Source: Iphione sp. A-MEVVRFRX5 (lineage: Eukaryota). Taken from it: a stretch of DNA of 64,000 bases. The notes below the pieces were generated by a model. It did not search any database. It had not been told where the DNA came from and saw nothing but the letters and a program-made list of their open reading frames with translations. Made by a program: the position numbers and the translations under genes. Where the stretch lies: positions 89,404,001-89,468,000 of the forward strand of contig OZ320316.1 of NCBI GenBank assembly GCA_976226885.1, in the 5' to 3' direction. Shown piece after piece: positions 1-11,821 of the stretch (position 1 is the first letter of the stretch; every line of letters starts with the position of its first letter).

Positions 1-3000
1 TTCTAAGAGAAATTAAATTGACTTGTATTCACATAACGACTCCAACGTCGCGACATTCGAGAAGGTAACATTACCGAGGAGTTTCCCCGAATATTCACTT
101 TGCTCCCTTGAGACGGCCTTCCTCCGCCTTGACGAAAAAGGAAGTCGGTCATTATTTCGTTTTAAACTCCCTGACATCGTCGTCTTCAGGAAAACACTTT
201 GAGACAATCACTAAAAGTGTAAATGGCAACAATTAATGTCGGGTTTCCTAATAACGACTTTCGTTACGACGACATATTTTGAATACTGGCAACTTTTAAA
301 ACCAGGGGGTATACTAACACCAGAGACTTTTTATTTCCATATATATTGAATTAATGACAAATTTTCGGTGCAGTCAGTCATCATAACGAGTCATGATTAT
401 ACATGTACATCAAAGAAAAATATAAGGCACCTTTTTCTGACCGGTGTTGTTACATAATACAGGTTACATCCTCTTCCCTGTTCCCCGCCCCCTCCTTCAG
501 GAATCACTCCGATTTTACCCATTTGCGAGTTCAATGCAAATGGCTGACATCTGCACTGATCAAAGGAAACGGAGTATGAGTTTCAATGCCTGTAATACAT
601 AAGGTAGTATTATGAGATAACCAGAGATATGCTTTTAGCGAGTGTCCGAAAAACATTATTCTTCGACCAGCTCATATTCCTATGGCGTTGAAACAAATAG
701 ACACGCACATATTAGCACACTGTGCTCACCATACATTACGTTTTTCTAAAGCGCAGAGAAATTTTCAGCAGTGGGGTGATGTTTATAATTTAATCTTGTG
801 AAACCGCAGTGTAATAAGTACCCTGTAGAAGTCAGTACTACATTCGCGCATCAACACCTGCCCATTCTGTTATCATCAAGGTGGATGAGAGATGGCCACT
901 TGAGGGATTATCTGGTATAATGCCTCCCACAGTGTACAGGTAGTCCATAAGAGAGTGAGTCTGTGCAAATACCAGGACATTAGCCATCAACGGCCGCGAG
1001 TCATTTTCACTCACATTTACATGTGGGTATGGGAAAATATCTGTACATACTATTCAACAATTAACCGTATGCAATGGTGTAAAGATTAAAGTAACGATAT
1101 AACAATACAGACCAAGTAACCGTGTTTACAATTCAGTTACATCTCTCATTTATAAATAAACTCCAAATGGTAAGCATTATATTTGCAGTGGCCGGATTTT
1201 GAGTTGGGCCCATATAGACAGATATATATTTTTGGCAAGAAGTAACACCCAATGTACTGTTTACGTGTAAGTAGTCTTGAAATCTACTGTTACAATGAAA
1301 TATTGTGATTGAATAAAAACGACCAGATTACTACAAACCACATGAGTTGAGTCGAAGTGATATCCGACTATTCGTAGTTATTCCCCTAGAATACTCACTC
1401 CAGGCTCTAAAACCATTTATAGAATGTAATATCACAATCATTCCAGAAACAAACAACTCCAAAATATCACAAAGATTCCGGAAGCCCTTTATAAATGAAA
1501 AAATATCTCATTCAAACTAATACAATGATGTTTGAGAGACATGTCTGTAAACGAGGCGATGGTGACGATAGGCCTTTTTCCGAGCAGTATATGTTGCATG
1601 ATCTAGGACTGATGTTTTGGATTCTTTTTTTTCTTTATTTATCCTGGCAACCAACTCGAGCCAGCCACAAGAGACAATACAAGATTGTACTCACATAAGT
1701 GCTAACTATTTACAGAAGGATATGTACACTTCATACACATGGATATTTACACTATGTACAATGTTTTCTAGAGTACTTCCTTTTACGTGCATGTCATTCG
1801 GTACAACAATAAAATATTACTACATTTGTCAGGCAATGTAAGTTTCACAATTTGAGACCTATGAGATTAACGTTTACGTTATGTGAGTCAATGATTAAGA
1901 GACCTTCCAATTCAATGGATACCGTGTGTGATTTTCAGTCTGGTAGAAGAGGAAACAAATGACCTGTAAGGATAAGGGGGTGACTATGCTTGAAACTGAC
2001 CCATCATGAAAAACTTAAAATGAACTGTTATTACATTGGATTGAAAATGTGTACCTCGTAAATCATTGTATCGACTTGATTATTTGGTTTCACTTTGGCA
2101 GTCGACTGCATAAGCCGTTGTGGCCATTGGGACCATGTAAAATTGAAAGATGTAACATCGGTCGATAAAGACTGGTCTTTAAGATGCAAAGTCCAAACCT
2201 AAGTGAGAGATAATGGCTACTTCAGAGAGCTAGAGAATGACATATTACACTATGTCCCTCCCAATGCTATGGTTCGCTTCGGTGACTGAAACCGTTTTCC
2301 TGAGTCCATAATTGCACCTGTCTGCCTAATAGGACACGAATTTTAAGCAGCGAAAAAAAAAGCGCATGGAAGTTTTTTATTTTCACTGCAAAGTACGTCC
2401 TCAATTTCAAGTCAAAAGGTTATCAAAGACTTACAAAGGCGCATGTTCTTGACCCGAAAATTCCTGCGAAAACCAAGATAACCTGGTAAACCGTTTCAGT
2501 CGTGAGAGCTAAGATCTGACGGATCAAAGCCGACCTGGACCTCATTTTCCCACCATCCAAGAGGACCGTCTTGGCACACACACACATCGCTATAGGAGAC
2601 CGTCCTTGCGGATAGCGTGCAAGGACCCTTCCCTGTAGAAGCCTCGGCAAGTGTTGTCACGACTGATAGATGATATTTCTTTGTAGAAAGTGCCTCTCTG
2701 ACATGTATTCTCCGTGTTATTCTAGATATCACAAACTTCAAGGAGAAGGCGTGGCGACTAAATATGTAGCGACATACCTATGCCCTGTTCAGGATGGTTT
2801 TACAAAGTGAACAGAAACACAGATGCCTGTTGACAGCACGGTGCATGTATATGTAAAATAGACACAAGCGGCTATCGACTTGGTGTGTTGTGTGAACTCG
2901 GCGAGCTTAAAGTTCACCTCGGATCATATTACGTTTATCGAAGTTCCTGCATGTTGAAGAACCAGGTATACCAAGTGGCGCAATACGAACGTACGGAACG

Positions 3001-3139
3001 AACCACGAAGACCTATTTGCTAGCCGTTTTCAGTCATGTACACATTTTTTGAAACATCGGAAATACTCAGGTAATAGAAATACCTGTACAAATTTGATTT
3101 AGCATCAACCTATCACCTCGACAGCAACCAAGGGCCACC

Positions 3140-3742
3140 ATGTTTGACAGCAATACTTTATCAGTTTTTAAGGTTTGCTTTGTATCACTCATCGGTGTAA
3201 ACTGTCAGTCGGGGGTCTCGGCAGAGAACCCCCAGCTTCACCCTCGGACATTGGGGAGTGGCGAGGAATCCAGTCGGGGCAACATTTTACTATGGGAGGA
3301 CTCGTTGTTCAGTTTGCCGGACAACCGCACAAAGTCCTTGTGCTCATTAAACCCAGTGGACGACAGCACGTACACAACCATCCTGACCCTGCTCTCCGGG
3401 AACGCCAAGCTGCTCGAGTACCGCCTGAGAGTTGTGAATCACACCGTCAACCCGCTTCTCGTTGACGCAACGTGGACGTACCGCCTTGACCAGTGGGCCC
3501 GGGTGTCGCACAACCACGGCCAGACGATCCTCTCCTTGGCCTTTAACTACGGCGTCCTCTCCCTCATGACACTCTCGTTCGGGGTTGCCAGTGTGGACGT
3601 CGACCTAGTCGAGCAGCCGAGGGGGTGTTTGGACGGCCTCGAAGAGCACAAGAAAGCGGAGTTGCTCCTCGATCTTCTGCTCAGGGACTTCAGGCCCGGA
3701 GGGAGGATGGTCATTCACGAGGGCGCCGTCGTCTGTCACCAG
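3140..3742 (+). CDS. Exon 1 of an uncharacterised ~995-aa secreted-N-terminus, multi-pass membrane protein (join 3140..3742,4165..6549)
   Basis: ATG in a strong Kozak-like context (gggccaccATG). The N-terminus is hydrophobic and signal-peptide-like (MFDSNTLSVFKVCFVSLIGVNCQSGVSA). The ORF reaches a phase-0 donor CAG|GTGGGC at 3743 that matches the phase-0 acceptor at 4164. Confidence 0.8.
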
Positions 3743-4164
3743 GTGGGCGATTTCCGTTGGTGCTATTAATTCAGAAAGCAGCCAAAATTATTTTAAATTG
3801 TATACATGTATATGTGTACAGTGAATCTCGTAGAGGAACAATTGATGCTATGTATGAGACTACTTGATACTCCAGGCAGAAATCACTAACAATTCTTCAT
3901 ATGTAACGATAATGTACATGTGCAATGTAAAAAAAGAATAAGCACATAATATCATAAGCGGTTGAGTGACCCGATGATTAACCCCCAAAACATTTAGATA
4001 GAACATGATAACGGAATATGGAACTCAGACCTTAACTATGATCAAGGAGGCTTAAAGGTGTAAATATTGATGTTATGGGCAGTGAGGCACAGAAAGTAAG
4101 ATAATAAGGAACATGCAATCAAGTAACCGCCTGATGATCAATGTGATGACTATCTCTTTTTCAG

Positions 4165-6549
4165 GTGATCAAAAACTCTAACGGATATGCCAAATTCACC
4201 GATCGCTGCTGCAAAATGGACACAGAAGCAGACAAGGTTCACTGTATAACTGACTACCCAAACGTATGGCTGCACCTTCTCGAACGCCTGATGGCCTGCG
4301 TAAGCCTGGTGGTTGTACTCTTTGGCCCTCTGGCTAGTCCAAAATTTTTCTCTGGGGCTGGGCTGGAGGTGGTACGTTATGTGGTCAAACTGAAGGAACC
4401 ATTATATAAGACAATGTGTTTAGTGCCACCAGATAAAGGCTCTGAGTTGGGTATTACGTATGAACATGTGATAGACTTACAAAATGAAAAAGGTTTCAAT
4501 TATTGCAAGAGCATGGCCAGGAAGATGCCTTGCAACAAAGTCATACCGATTAAGATATCTGAGTATCAAATATATGTCAGCTATGAAAAGCTACTACCAG
4601 AGAATAGTGTGCCTGTAGGTTTCTGGGCGTGTCTAATCCGCGCCATATTTATGTGCAAGATGCAAAGTGTTGACGCCTTTCAGGATTGTTGTGATGCTAA
4701 TTTGTGTGGTTGTTTCAAAGAGTCCAAACCGATGCCGTGGATATCAATATGCCGTGTGTTCGGAAGAATCCTAATGGTATTGTTTTTACCTTTTCCTTTT
4801 TATATTCGCCTAATCATGTACTTCATGTTTGAAGAGCCTGAGGTGTTGGCAAGGCAGCAGGCGGCAGCCAATACGGGTCTCCCAATATGCTTTGAGTATC
4901 GCCTCCTCCAGTACCTGACCCCAACACATCCACTCTTCATTGCAGCTTACTGTATATACTACACCGCTGGCTTCACACTGGCCTACTTCAGCACAACTGA
5001 GGGTAAGAGCAGATTTCAACAGGTTATCATAGACTCATTCCGCGATCTCAACGACCTCTCCTGGCTGAAAGCAATAGGGATGATTGTAAAGAATTTCCTT
5101 TGGCCCTTCAAGAAGCTTGGTATATTTGGTTTGATTTTCGGAGTCCTCTACTGGCCTTTGGTGATGCCAATATCGTTGCTTGCTGCGACTTTCAACTGTT
5201 TACCACTGGTATTTCTAACGTACCGCATGCTATTCCACGCCCTCCGCATTTCGACACGCGAAAAGGTGGCTCTAGAGCAGGTGCTTCCGGGTCAACTGCA
5301 AGATGATGCGACCGGCATTCAAATGTTTGAGACTGATAACCTGTTGACTTTTGTCAGTTCCCCTGGGAAGTTATCTAGTGCTACAAAGTACCTGAAGCGG
5401 TGTGAAGTGTGCAAAACTGTGTGTGATTTGATACTTGCAGTCATAAGCATACTAACTTTCTATGCCATAATGTTGATGGTGACTGAATGCGCCAGCTGCG
5501 TGCTACACATCTGTGTTTTCACCATGATGGGTATAATTGTTAATGCTGGTAAAGTTTTGAAATATGGTGCCCTTATCTTCATGGTTATCCTGTACAGTTA
5601 TGACTGCTATAATAACGTGTACCTCCAGTACCTAAAGCTGAACAAGGCCCTGTTTTCAGAGATTAAAAGCAGGATTAAGGACATAAGCGAGGTTACAATG
5701 TTACCATCGTACCTACAGGAGAACCGCGGCTTCAAATCACAAGAAAACAGTGATCAAGCGGACCATGAAAGTGCTGACGATTTATCCGAGGATAAAGAAA
5801 AACACTGGGTTATAAACGATCTCATTTTGTTTATCGATAACAACGATGTTCCCAGAATTCCGAAGAGACTTTTTGAACAGGTTTGTGATATCGAAGTTCC
5901 CGGTAGCCCAGGGCCCGTCTATAGAAGCCTTATAATGGCCACGGGCAAATTTCTGTTAATCATATTGTTTCTTATATTTGTTTTCATAGTCGTTTTATCA
6001 TTTGGTGATGTTTACAAAATCTCATCTACAAATCAGATGCTTGCAACAATGGCAGGTGGCTTCATGCCTTTCATATTCAGCAACCTGTTGAAGCCTGCCC
6101 AGCCGGCCATTGAGCTGGGGTCCGTTAGCTTTAAGAGTAAGCTAGAGGAAATAGTCATTAATTTTTGGCAGATGTGGCCGATGAGTGAGTTCACGTTCGA
6201 AATAGGGGAGGAGCCTGAGGAACTGGATGAAGAGGGTAGCGGTGACGACCGCAGTCAGAAGAGCAAGGATGCCAAGTCTGACAAAAAAGCAGGAAATGGT
6301 CTGACGAAGAAAATGAGCATGGCTGAAATTCTGGAAAAAGCGGATACCACATGTACCGAAGAAATTATGACTAGGCTCCTAGAAAGTAAGACCTACCGTC
6401 AGGCCAATGGCCAATACATTGATATCATAATGAAAGTAGATGGCGATACGCATTGGTCTGATGACTGCAGCAAGGGAAGTGGTAGAAATAGCCTCGATAA
6501 ACAGGGTTATGAGACAATGGAATTAATCCACACCAACTTCATTGTATAA
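4165..6549 (+). CDS. Exon 2 of the uncharacterised multi-pass membrane protein (794 codons, about 9-11 hydrophobic segments, acidic/charged C-terminal tail)
   Basis: Acceptor tctctttttcag|GTG at 4164/4165. The junction reads ...AVVCHQ|VIKNSNGYAKFTDRCC. Long uninterrupted ORF with hydrophobic stretches such as FLLIILFLIFVFIVVLSFG and LILAVISILTFYAIMLMV. AATAAA follows the stop at about 6550. Confidence 0.88.
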   Translation: MIKNSNGYAKFTDRCCKMDTEADKVHCITDYPNVWLHLLERLMACVSLVVVLFGPLASPKFFSGAGLEVVRYVVKLKEPLYKTMCLVPPDKGSELGITYEHVIDLQNEKGFNYCKSMARKMPCNKVIPIKISEYQIYVSYEKLLPENSVPVGFWACLIRAIFMCKMQSVDAFQDCCDANLCGCFKESKPMPWISICRVFGRILMVLFLPFPFYIRLIMYFMFEEPEVLARQQAAANTGLPICFEYRLLQYLTPTHPLFIAAYCIYYTAGFTLAYFSTTEGKSRFQQVIIDSFRDLNDLSWLKAIGMIVKNFLWPFKKLGIFGLIFGVLYWPLVMPISLLAATFNCLPLVFLTYRMLFHALRISTREKVALEQVLPGQLQDDATGIQMFETDNLLTFVSSPGKLSSATKYLKRCEVCKTVCDLILAVISILTFYAIMLMVTECASCVLHICVFTMMGIIVNAGKVLKYGALIFMVILYSYDCYNNVYLQYLKLNKALFSEIKSRIKDISEVTMLPSYLQENRGFKSQENSDQADHESADDLSEDKEKHWVINDLILFIDNNDVPRIPKRLFEQVCDIEVPGSPGPVYRSLIMATGKFLLIILFLIFVFIVVLSFGDVYKISSTNQMLATMAGGFMPFIFSNLLKPAQPAIELGSVSFKSKLEEIVINFWQMWPMSEFTFEIGEEPEELDEEGSGDDRSQKSKDAKSDKKAGNGLTKKMSMAEILEKADTTCTEEIMTRLLESKTYRQANGQYIDIIMKVDGDTHWSDDCSKGSGRNSLDKQGYETMELIHTNFIV

Positions 6550-6884
6550 AATAAACATAATAAATTGCTCAACGAGTCGCATCTGAGTTCAATGAGAACA
6601 CTCTTGAAACCAATAAAGCATCCAATCTAGAAACATGCTAACAGTGAACACAAACCACGAACTATTACATGTACTTCCAACTTACCACAACTGAATGGCA
6701 TTAGGCTTAGAACTCTAGCTTACAAACAGCTTTCTTCGGAAGGGAAATCCCTGTCTGAAAAATGTTTTACATTGTTTTACATTATCTTTCAAATGTATAC
6801 ATTTCCATTATCTTATCAAAGTTCTAAATAGACTAAGTAGGACATACATGTGAACCAGTAAGGAATAAATTGTACCAAACCAAC

Positions 6885-7109
6885 CTCTTCAGCAGCTTCT
6901 TCTTGATTCAATGCTAGCACTCGTGCCAGGTCCAGAGAGAGTGTTCTGATTCGGCGAGGTTCTCTGTCATCTTTAAAGTCAGATTCGAGCGACTTCCTTC
7001 GAGATCCACTGCACTGGCTTCTATCACTGTCATTAGTACGGAGTGGTGAGTTGCTGGTGCTCTTTGTTACATCAAGGGTCCGCACAGTTACCACCTTCCC
7101 GCTCTCCAA
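6885..7109 (-). CDS. Candidate internal exon (75 codons, phase 0-0) of an unidentified minus-strand gene
   Basis: Minus-strand acceptor ttttcatag|TTG at 7110 and donor GAG|GTTGGT at 6884. Open frame LESGKVVTVRTLDVTK...RIRTLSLDLARVLALNQEEAAEE. No family recognised and partner exons not established. Confidence 0.4.
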
Positions 7110-7469
7110 CTATGAAAATTGCACACAGAAGCAGAACATTTGTTTAAATATACCGATTATGGGATTATCTGGTGAAGTTGTCAAGCTAGGTTGTGTCAAT
7201 GCGCATGCGTGCACCGGATGGGAAGAGCTTGAAGTGAAGCTCCTAGACGATTATCATCTAAACAGTCATAAATGGACATTTGATTCATATTTTATGATCA
7301 AAATGTCTATGAATATCATCTGACCCTGATTGAGCACCAACAAGGACCTGGTTGAAAGTGTACAAGAAGTAATAAGCATTTCAAGATTCAAAATTGGACA
7401 CAACGTCATCTCTCTTTGATCAGCCTAGCAACACCTTAGTTACCTCAGACGAGATAGACTGAGAGAGAC

Positions 7470-8276
7470 ATGTCAGCAATCTTCAGAGGAAGAAATAAGG
7501 AGACTAAAGCAGAAAAGTCTACAGAAAAAGGCAAGAAGACACGAAAGAGAGCAGCCAAAGAGCAAGAAGAAGTTATGGAGAAGGAACCAACTACAGAACA
7601 AGCTTCTACTAGTAATGCTGATGAGAAAGGTGCTGATGAGGATTCTGGTAGCGATCTAACCACAATCATCAAGAATGCTGTCCAAGATGCAGTGACCTCT
7701 TCAATGATGGGCTTCCAAACCAAGAATGAAGAATTCATGGAAACAGTCACGACCGAAGTGAATGAAGTCAAAGAAGAAGTGAACGAAATTCACGAAAGAA
7801 TTGATAGCATCGAATCAGAAGTACAGAGACAGAGAAGAATAACTACTATTCTCAATGCCACGGTGAAGTCGAAGACTATCCGCTTGATAGGCTTTAACGA
7901 GACCCAAGAAGATGACCAAGTAAGAGTAATGAACATGTGTAGACATATAGAAGTTGACCCTCCAGTATTACAGAGTGATATTGATCAACTGTATCGTGTA
8001 GGCAGAAAGGATGAGAATTCAAGAAAGCCAAGACCACTGATTGTTACCTTTACCAAGCAATCGGTGAAAAATAATGTCTACATCAAACGAGCTAAACTAT
8101 CACGATATCAAGCACAAGTGTATATGAATGAAGACCTGCCAGAAGAGGTACAGCGAAAATTCTTCGAGGCAAGGAAGAAAGTGAAGGACAAGACTCTACA
8201 TAGTGCTTGGACTTACAACGGAGTAATTTACGTGAAGAAGTCAGTGAATGCTACTCGGATGATCTATGACGAGTAA
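7470..8276 (+). CDS. LINE ORF1 protein (268 aa): charged N-terminus, coiled coil, L1/Tnp22-type RRM and C-terminal domain
   Basis: Heptad-rich segment EVNEVKEEVNEIHERIDSIESEV, then IRLIGFNE...IDQLYRVGRK...PRPLIVTF...YMNEDLP...AWTYNGVIYV, the usual pattern of these ORF1 proteins. Confidence 0.85.
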   Translation: MSAIFRGRNKETKAEKSTEKGKKTRKRAAKEQEEVMEKEPTTEQASTSNADEKGADEDSGSDLTTIIKNAVQDAVTSSMMGFQTKNEEFMETVTTEVNEVKEEVNEIHERIDSIESEVQRQRRITTILNATVKSKTIRLIGFNETQEDDQVRVMNMCRHIEVDPPVLQSDIDQLYRVGRKDENSRKPRPLIVTFTKQSVKNNVYIKRAKLSRYQAQVYMNEDLPEEVQRKFFEARKKVKDKTLHSAWTYNGVIYVKKSVNATRMIYDE

Positions 8277-8450
8277 AATAAGGTAAATCAAACACAATGT
8301 CTAACAATGTCTAACAAAAATCCTAACAAAGACCTAACAAAATGAGCATCGATTCAAGTTTCTATGGTAATACTACTCTACAATGATACAATGTCACACA
8401 GCAAGTTAACCACAAAACAAGCAACAATGTTTATTTTAAAAAAAAACAGC

Positions 8451-8488
8451 TGACGTAACGGCCAATGGCGAGTGACGTCACGACGTAA
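8451..8488. promoter_or_regulatory. CRE/ATF and CCAAT motif cluster in the LINE inter-ORF spacer
   Basis: TGACGTAA 8451-8458, CCAAT 8462-8466, palindrome GTGACGTCAC 8472-8481 and CGACGTAA 8481-8488, in a local CpG-rich patch within AT-rich sequence. Function is inferred only. Confidence 0.45.
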
Positions 8489-8941
8489 GATGCAAGTACG
8501 ATGCCTACGAGCGAGTCGCGGAGATGTTTTACATCAAGTACTTAGTCGTAGTTAATATAGTCGTACTATATTAGTATAATATTCAATCAAATTATACTGA
8601 TGAACAGTTATATTAATTTTCTTAGGCAATTGCTTATGCAATAGATTAAATAATTGGGACTCGTACTATTGACGATAACAACACTGGCAACGGATAACCG
8701 GCACCACGCTCACGCAAGGATACATCGAACAAGAAATGCTCGGAACAAGTTAGTCTTATTATATTATGACCATTATCAAATATAATAATCTCGTTATAAT
8801 ATTATAATTACTCTTATATGTCCTAGTTACTTACCAGAATTGTATTTGCTGTATTGATGATCGTTTGGATCCCCCCATACCGTATAGCTCATAGTTGAGC
8901 TTTTTTCATTGTTACAAATTATATACACTAATAATTCATAT

Positions 8942-11821
8942 ATGTACATAGATTATACGGATGTAAAGTCTATAACCAAGAAAGGCTTCAGTATTGTACA
9001 TTTAAATGCAAGAAGTGTTAGAAACAAATTCTATGAAATTGAAAGCGAACTGAATAATATAGATCACATAGAAGTAATTGCAGTTACAGAAACATGGTTA
9101 GATAGAACTATCTCAAGTAATGAAATACCAATATCCTCTCATACATGGTTCAGAAATGACAGGAAATTTGGTTCCTGTAAGCATGGTGGAGTTGCACTAC
9201 TAATAAAGAATGATCTTGTAAATTATTCACAAGTAATTGATTCATGCACTTTTTCTACAAGAGATATTGAATCAATTTGCATTCAAATTGTGAAACCTTC
9301 AAATAAGATAAAAAATATCTTGACAATTTATAGGCCACCTAGTGGGTCGGTCAAAGAATTTCTAACAATGTTGAACAAATGCTTATCTACGTTCTCAAAC
9401 AATTCAGAAATAGTAATATTAGGTGATATGAATATTGATATGAGTAAGGTGAGAACAGTAGAATATCATGCAATGAAACATTTCCTACATGCTAACAATT
9501 TGTATTATTTAAAAACAAAACCTACAAGAGTAACGAATACTTCAATGTCTACTATAGATCTTATTTTTACAAATATTTCGAACAAAATATTTGAACATGG
9601 AAGAATATTGAATAATATGAGTGATCATTATTGGGTTTTTGTAACAATAAAAATGAGTAAAAATAAAAAAATGGAACGTAGAATTGTACATAGAAGAAGC
9701 TTCAAAAATGTTGATACAGACAAATGGGTAACCTCAATATCTCAGAATTTTGAAGAAATAGCTCATGAAATTGATCCCAGTATTATCTATGGAAAGTTAA
9801 TTAATATCCTAACAAAAGTGAGTGATGAAATGGCTCCAGTAAAAGCATATAGTATTTCGTATGATAAATCTACGTGGATAGATAAAGAAGTAATACAACA
9901 GATTAATCTGAAACACAGATTGTATAACAAAGCAAAGAAAACAAAGAATATTGATGATTGGAGTATTGCAAAGAGACAACGGAATCTATGTAAAACATTA
10001 CTAATAACAAAGAAAAAGGAATTTATCCAACAAAAGATTTCTGAAAATTTCACAAATCCCTGGATTGTCTATAACAAACTAAGAGGTAAAGGTCAAAATT
10101 GTAATATCATTAACAAATTGATTGGATCTAACAAAGGAGTATTAGAAACGACTCAGGAAATGTCAAATGAGTTAAATAAATTTTTTGCTGAAATAGGGAA
10201 AAAAATTGATGAAAATATTCCTATGCCAACAATAGATACTTTGATGGAAAAGAAGGACTTACAAGGAGGGAAGTTCAACTTCAGACAAACAACAGAAGAA
10301 ATAGTTAAGGCAATTATATGTCTACTACCTGCCAACAAAGGTACGAATATTGATGTCTTACCAATGTTCTTACTAAAGAAATATCCAACAGAGTTTGCAA
10401 GAATATTTACAATATTAATAAATAGGATTATTGTAATGAATGAAATACCAACACCAATGAAGGTAGCTACAATAACTCCTTTACACAAAGGAGAGAGTGC
10501 TGAGTTAATGGACAATTATCGACCGATATCAGTTCTTAACATATTTCATAAAGTAACAGAAAAAGTGTTAAGAAATCAGTTATACAGATATATTGAATCA
10601 AACAAAATATTGTATGACAAACAAGGTGGTTATAGAAACAATAGATCAACAACAGATATTGTTTATAATGTAATTGATGAAATCAAACAACATATTGCTA
10701 ACAAAGAAACATGCATAGTATGCTTTTTGGATCTAAAAAAAGCTTTTGATACCGTGGATCATACCAAATTATTACAGAAATTGCAAAACTATAATATATC
10801 TGATGACAGTTTACAGCTACTAGCAAGTTATCTTAACAATAGACAACAACGTACAAAAGTAAACAACGTTTTATCAGGGTACATGCCAGTAAGCAAAGGA
10901 GTCCCACAAGGATCGGTCATGGGACCGATATTGTTTAACTTGTATATTAATGATTTGCCCAAATATTGTAACAATATGGGTGATATATACATGTTTGCGG
11001 ATGACACAATTGTAATAACAAAGGATTTAATTCCAGCAAAAGCTATAGAAAAAATGAATTCACTACTAAAAAGAATTGTAGAGTGGCTTATATTCAACAG
11101 ATTGCAATTGAATGTAAAAAAAACTCAATACATGATCTTCTCGAACAAGAGTAAGAATGAAATTGATCAATTGTCTGATATATACATTAATAATGTTGTA
11201 CTAACAAGAGTACATGTATATAGATATCTTGGTATTTGGGTTGATGACAAACTTAAATTCAAATATCATGTAACAGAGGTGACAAAGAAAATAAGAAATA
11301 ATGGACAATGTCTAACAAGGATATCCAAATATTTTAAAATGGAACAAAGAATATTTCTATACAAAACTATAATAGTTCCATTATCTGATTATATGGATAT
11401 AATATGGGCAAACAGTAAAATTAATATCAACAAAGTCCAGATAAGTCATAACAAGCTATTGAAGAGATTACTAAATCTGGAGAGATTGACTCCAACAAAA
11501 GAATTATTTTTTGCAAATAAATTACTCACTATCCAACAAAGATTACAACAACATATACTTATAAGAGGTTATTTAGCTGTCAGAAAACGACTACCTGAAT
11601 TTGAACAGGTAAATTACCATCAAAGAGAATTGAATCTGAATTTAAGAGTAAATGAACGAATATTATTAGAACAAACTTTAACTAAATCTGCATTGGAAAG
11701 TACAATGACTAGAAATATTGTCTCAAAAAAATGGAATACTTTTACTCCACCTCCTGATAGTGGATTAGAATTGAAGGAATTTAAAAGGGAGATAGCAAGA
11801 ATAATTTATGACAATGGATGA
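8942..11821 (+). CDS. LINE ORF2: AP-like endonuclease plus reverse transcriptase (959 aa from the first ATG), no stops or frameshifts
   Basis: APE motifs HLNARS, VTETWL, GGVA, YRPP, GDMN, PTR, SDH. RT motifs YRPIS, DLKKAFDTVDH, GVPQGSVMGPILF, FADD, YLG. Confidence 0.95.
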   Translation: MYIDYTDVKSITKKGFSIVHLNARSVRNKFYEIESELNNIDHIEVIAVTETWLDRTISSNEIPISSHTWFRNDRKFGSCKHGGVALLIKNDLVNYSQVIDSCTFSTRDIESICIQIVKPSNKIKNILTIYRPPSGSVKEFLTMLNKCLSTFSNNSEIVILGDMNIDMSKVRTVEYHAMKHFLHANNLYYLKTKPTRVTNTSMSTIDLIFTNISNKIFEHGRILNNMSDHYWVFVTIKMSKNKKMERRIVHRRSFKNVDTDKWVTSISQNFEEIAHEIDPSIIYGKLINILTKVSDEMAPVKAYSISYDKSTWIDKEVIQQINLKHRLYNKAKKTKNIDDWSIAKRQRNLCKTLLITKKKEFIQQKISENFTNPWIVYNKLRGKGQNCNIINKLIGSNKGVLETTQEMSNELNKFFAEIGKKIDENIPMPTIDTLMEKKDLQGGKFNFRQTTEEIVKAIICLLPANKGTNIDVLPMFLLKKYPTEFARIFTILINRIIVMNEIPTPMKVATITPLHKGESAELMDNYRPISVLNIFHKVTEKVLRNQLYRYIESNKILYDKQGGYRNNRSTTDIVYNVIDEIKQHIANKETCIVCFLDLKKAFDTVDHTKLLQKLQNYNISDDSLQLLASYLNNRQQRTKVNNVLSGYMPVSKGVPQGSVMGPILFNLYINDLPKYCNNMGDIYMFADDTIVITKDLIPAKAIEKMNSLLKRIVEWLIFNRLQLNVKKTQYMIFSNKSKNEIDQLSDIYINNVVLTRVHVYRYLGIWVDDKLKFKYHVTEVTKKIRNNGQCLTRISKYFKMEQRIFLYKTIIVPLSDYMDIIWANSKININKVQISHNKLLKRLLNLERLTPTKELFFANKLLTIQQRLQQHILIRGYLAVRKRLPEFEQVNYHQRELNLNLRVNERILLEQTLTKSALESTMTRNIVSKKWNTFTPPPDSGLELKEFKREIARIIYDNG

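Noticed and set aside
2423-2741. Minus-strand ORFs near 2.4-2.7 kb as an exon, or as a selenoprotein read through TGA 2496
   Set aside because: A GTAAGT donor exists at 2434, but no frame gives a recognisable protein and no SECIS or Sec-type motif is evident.
9787-11097. Minus-strand ORFs 9787..10053, 10153..10515 and 10828..11097
   Set aside because: These are antisense shadows of the A-rich LINE ORF2.
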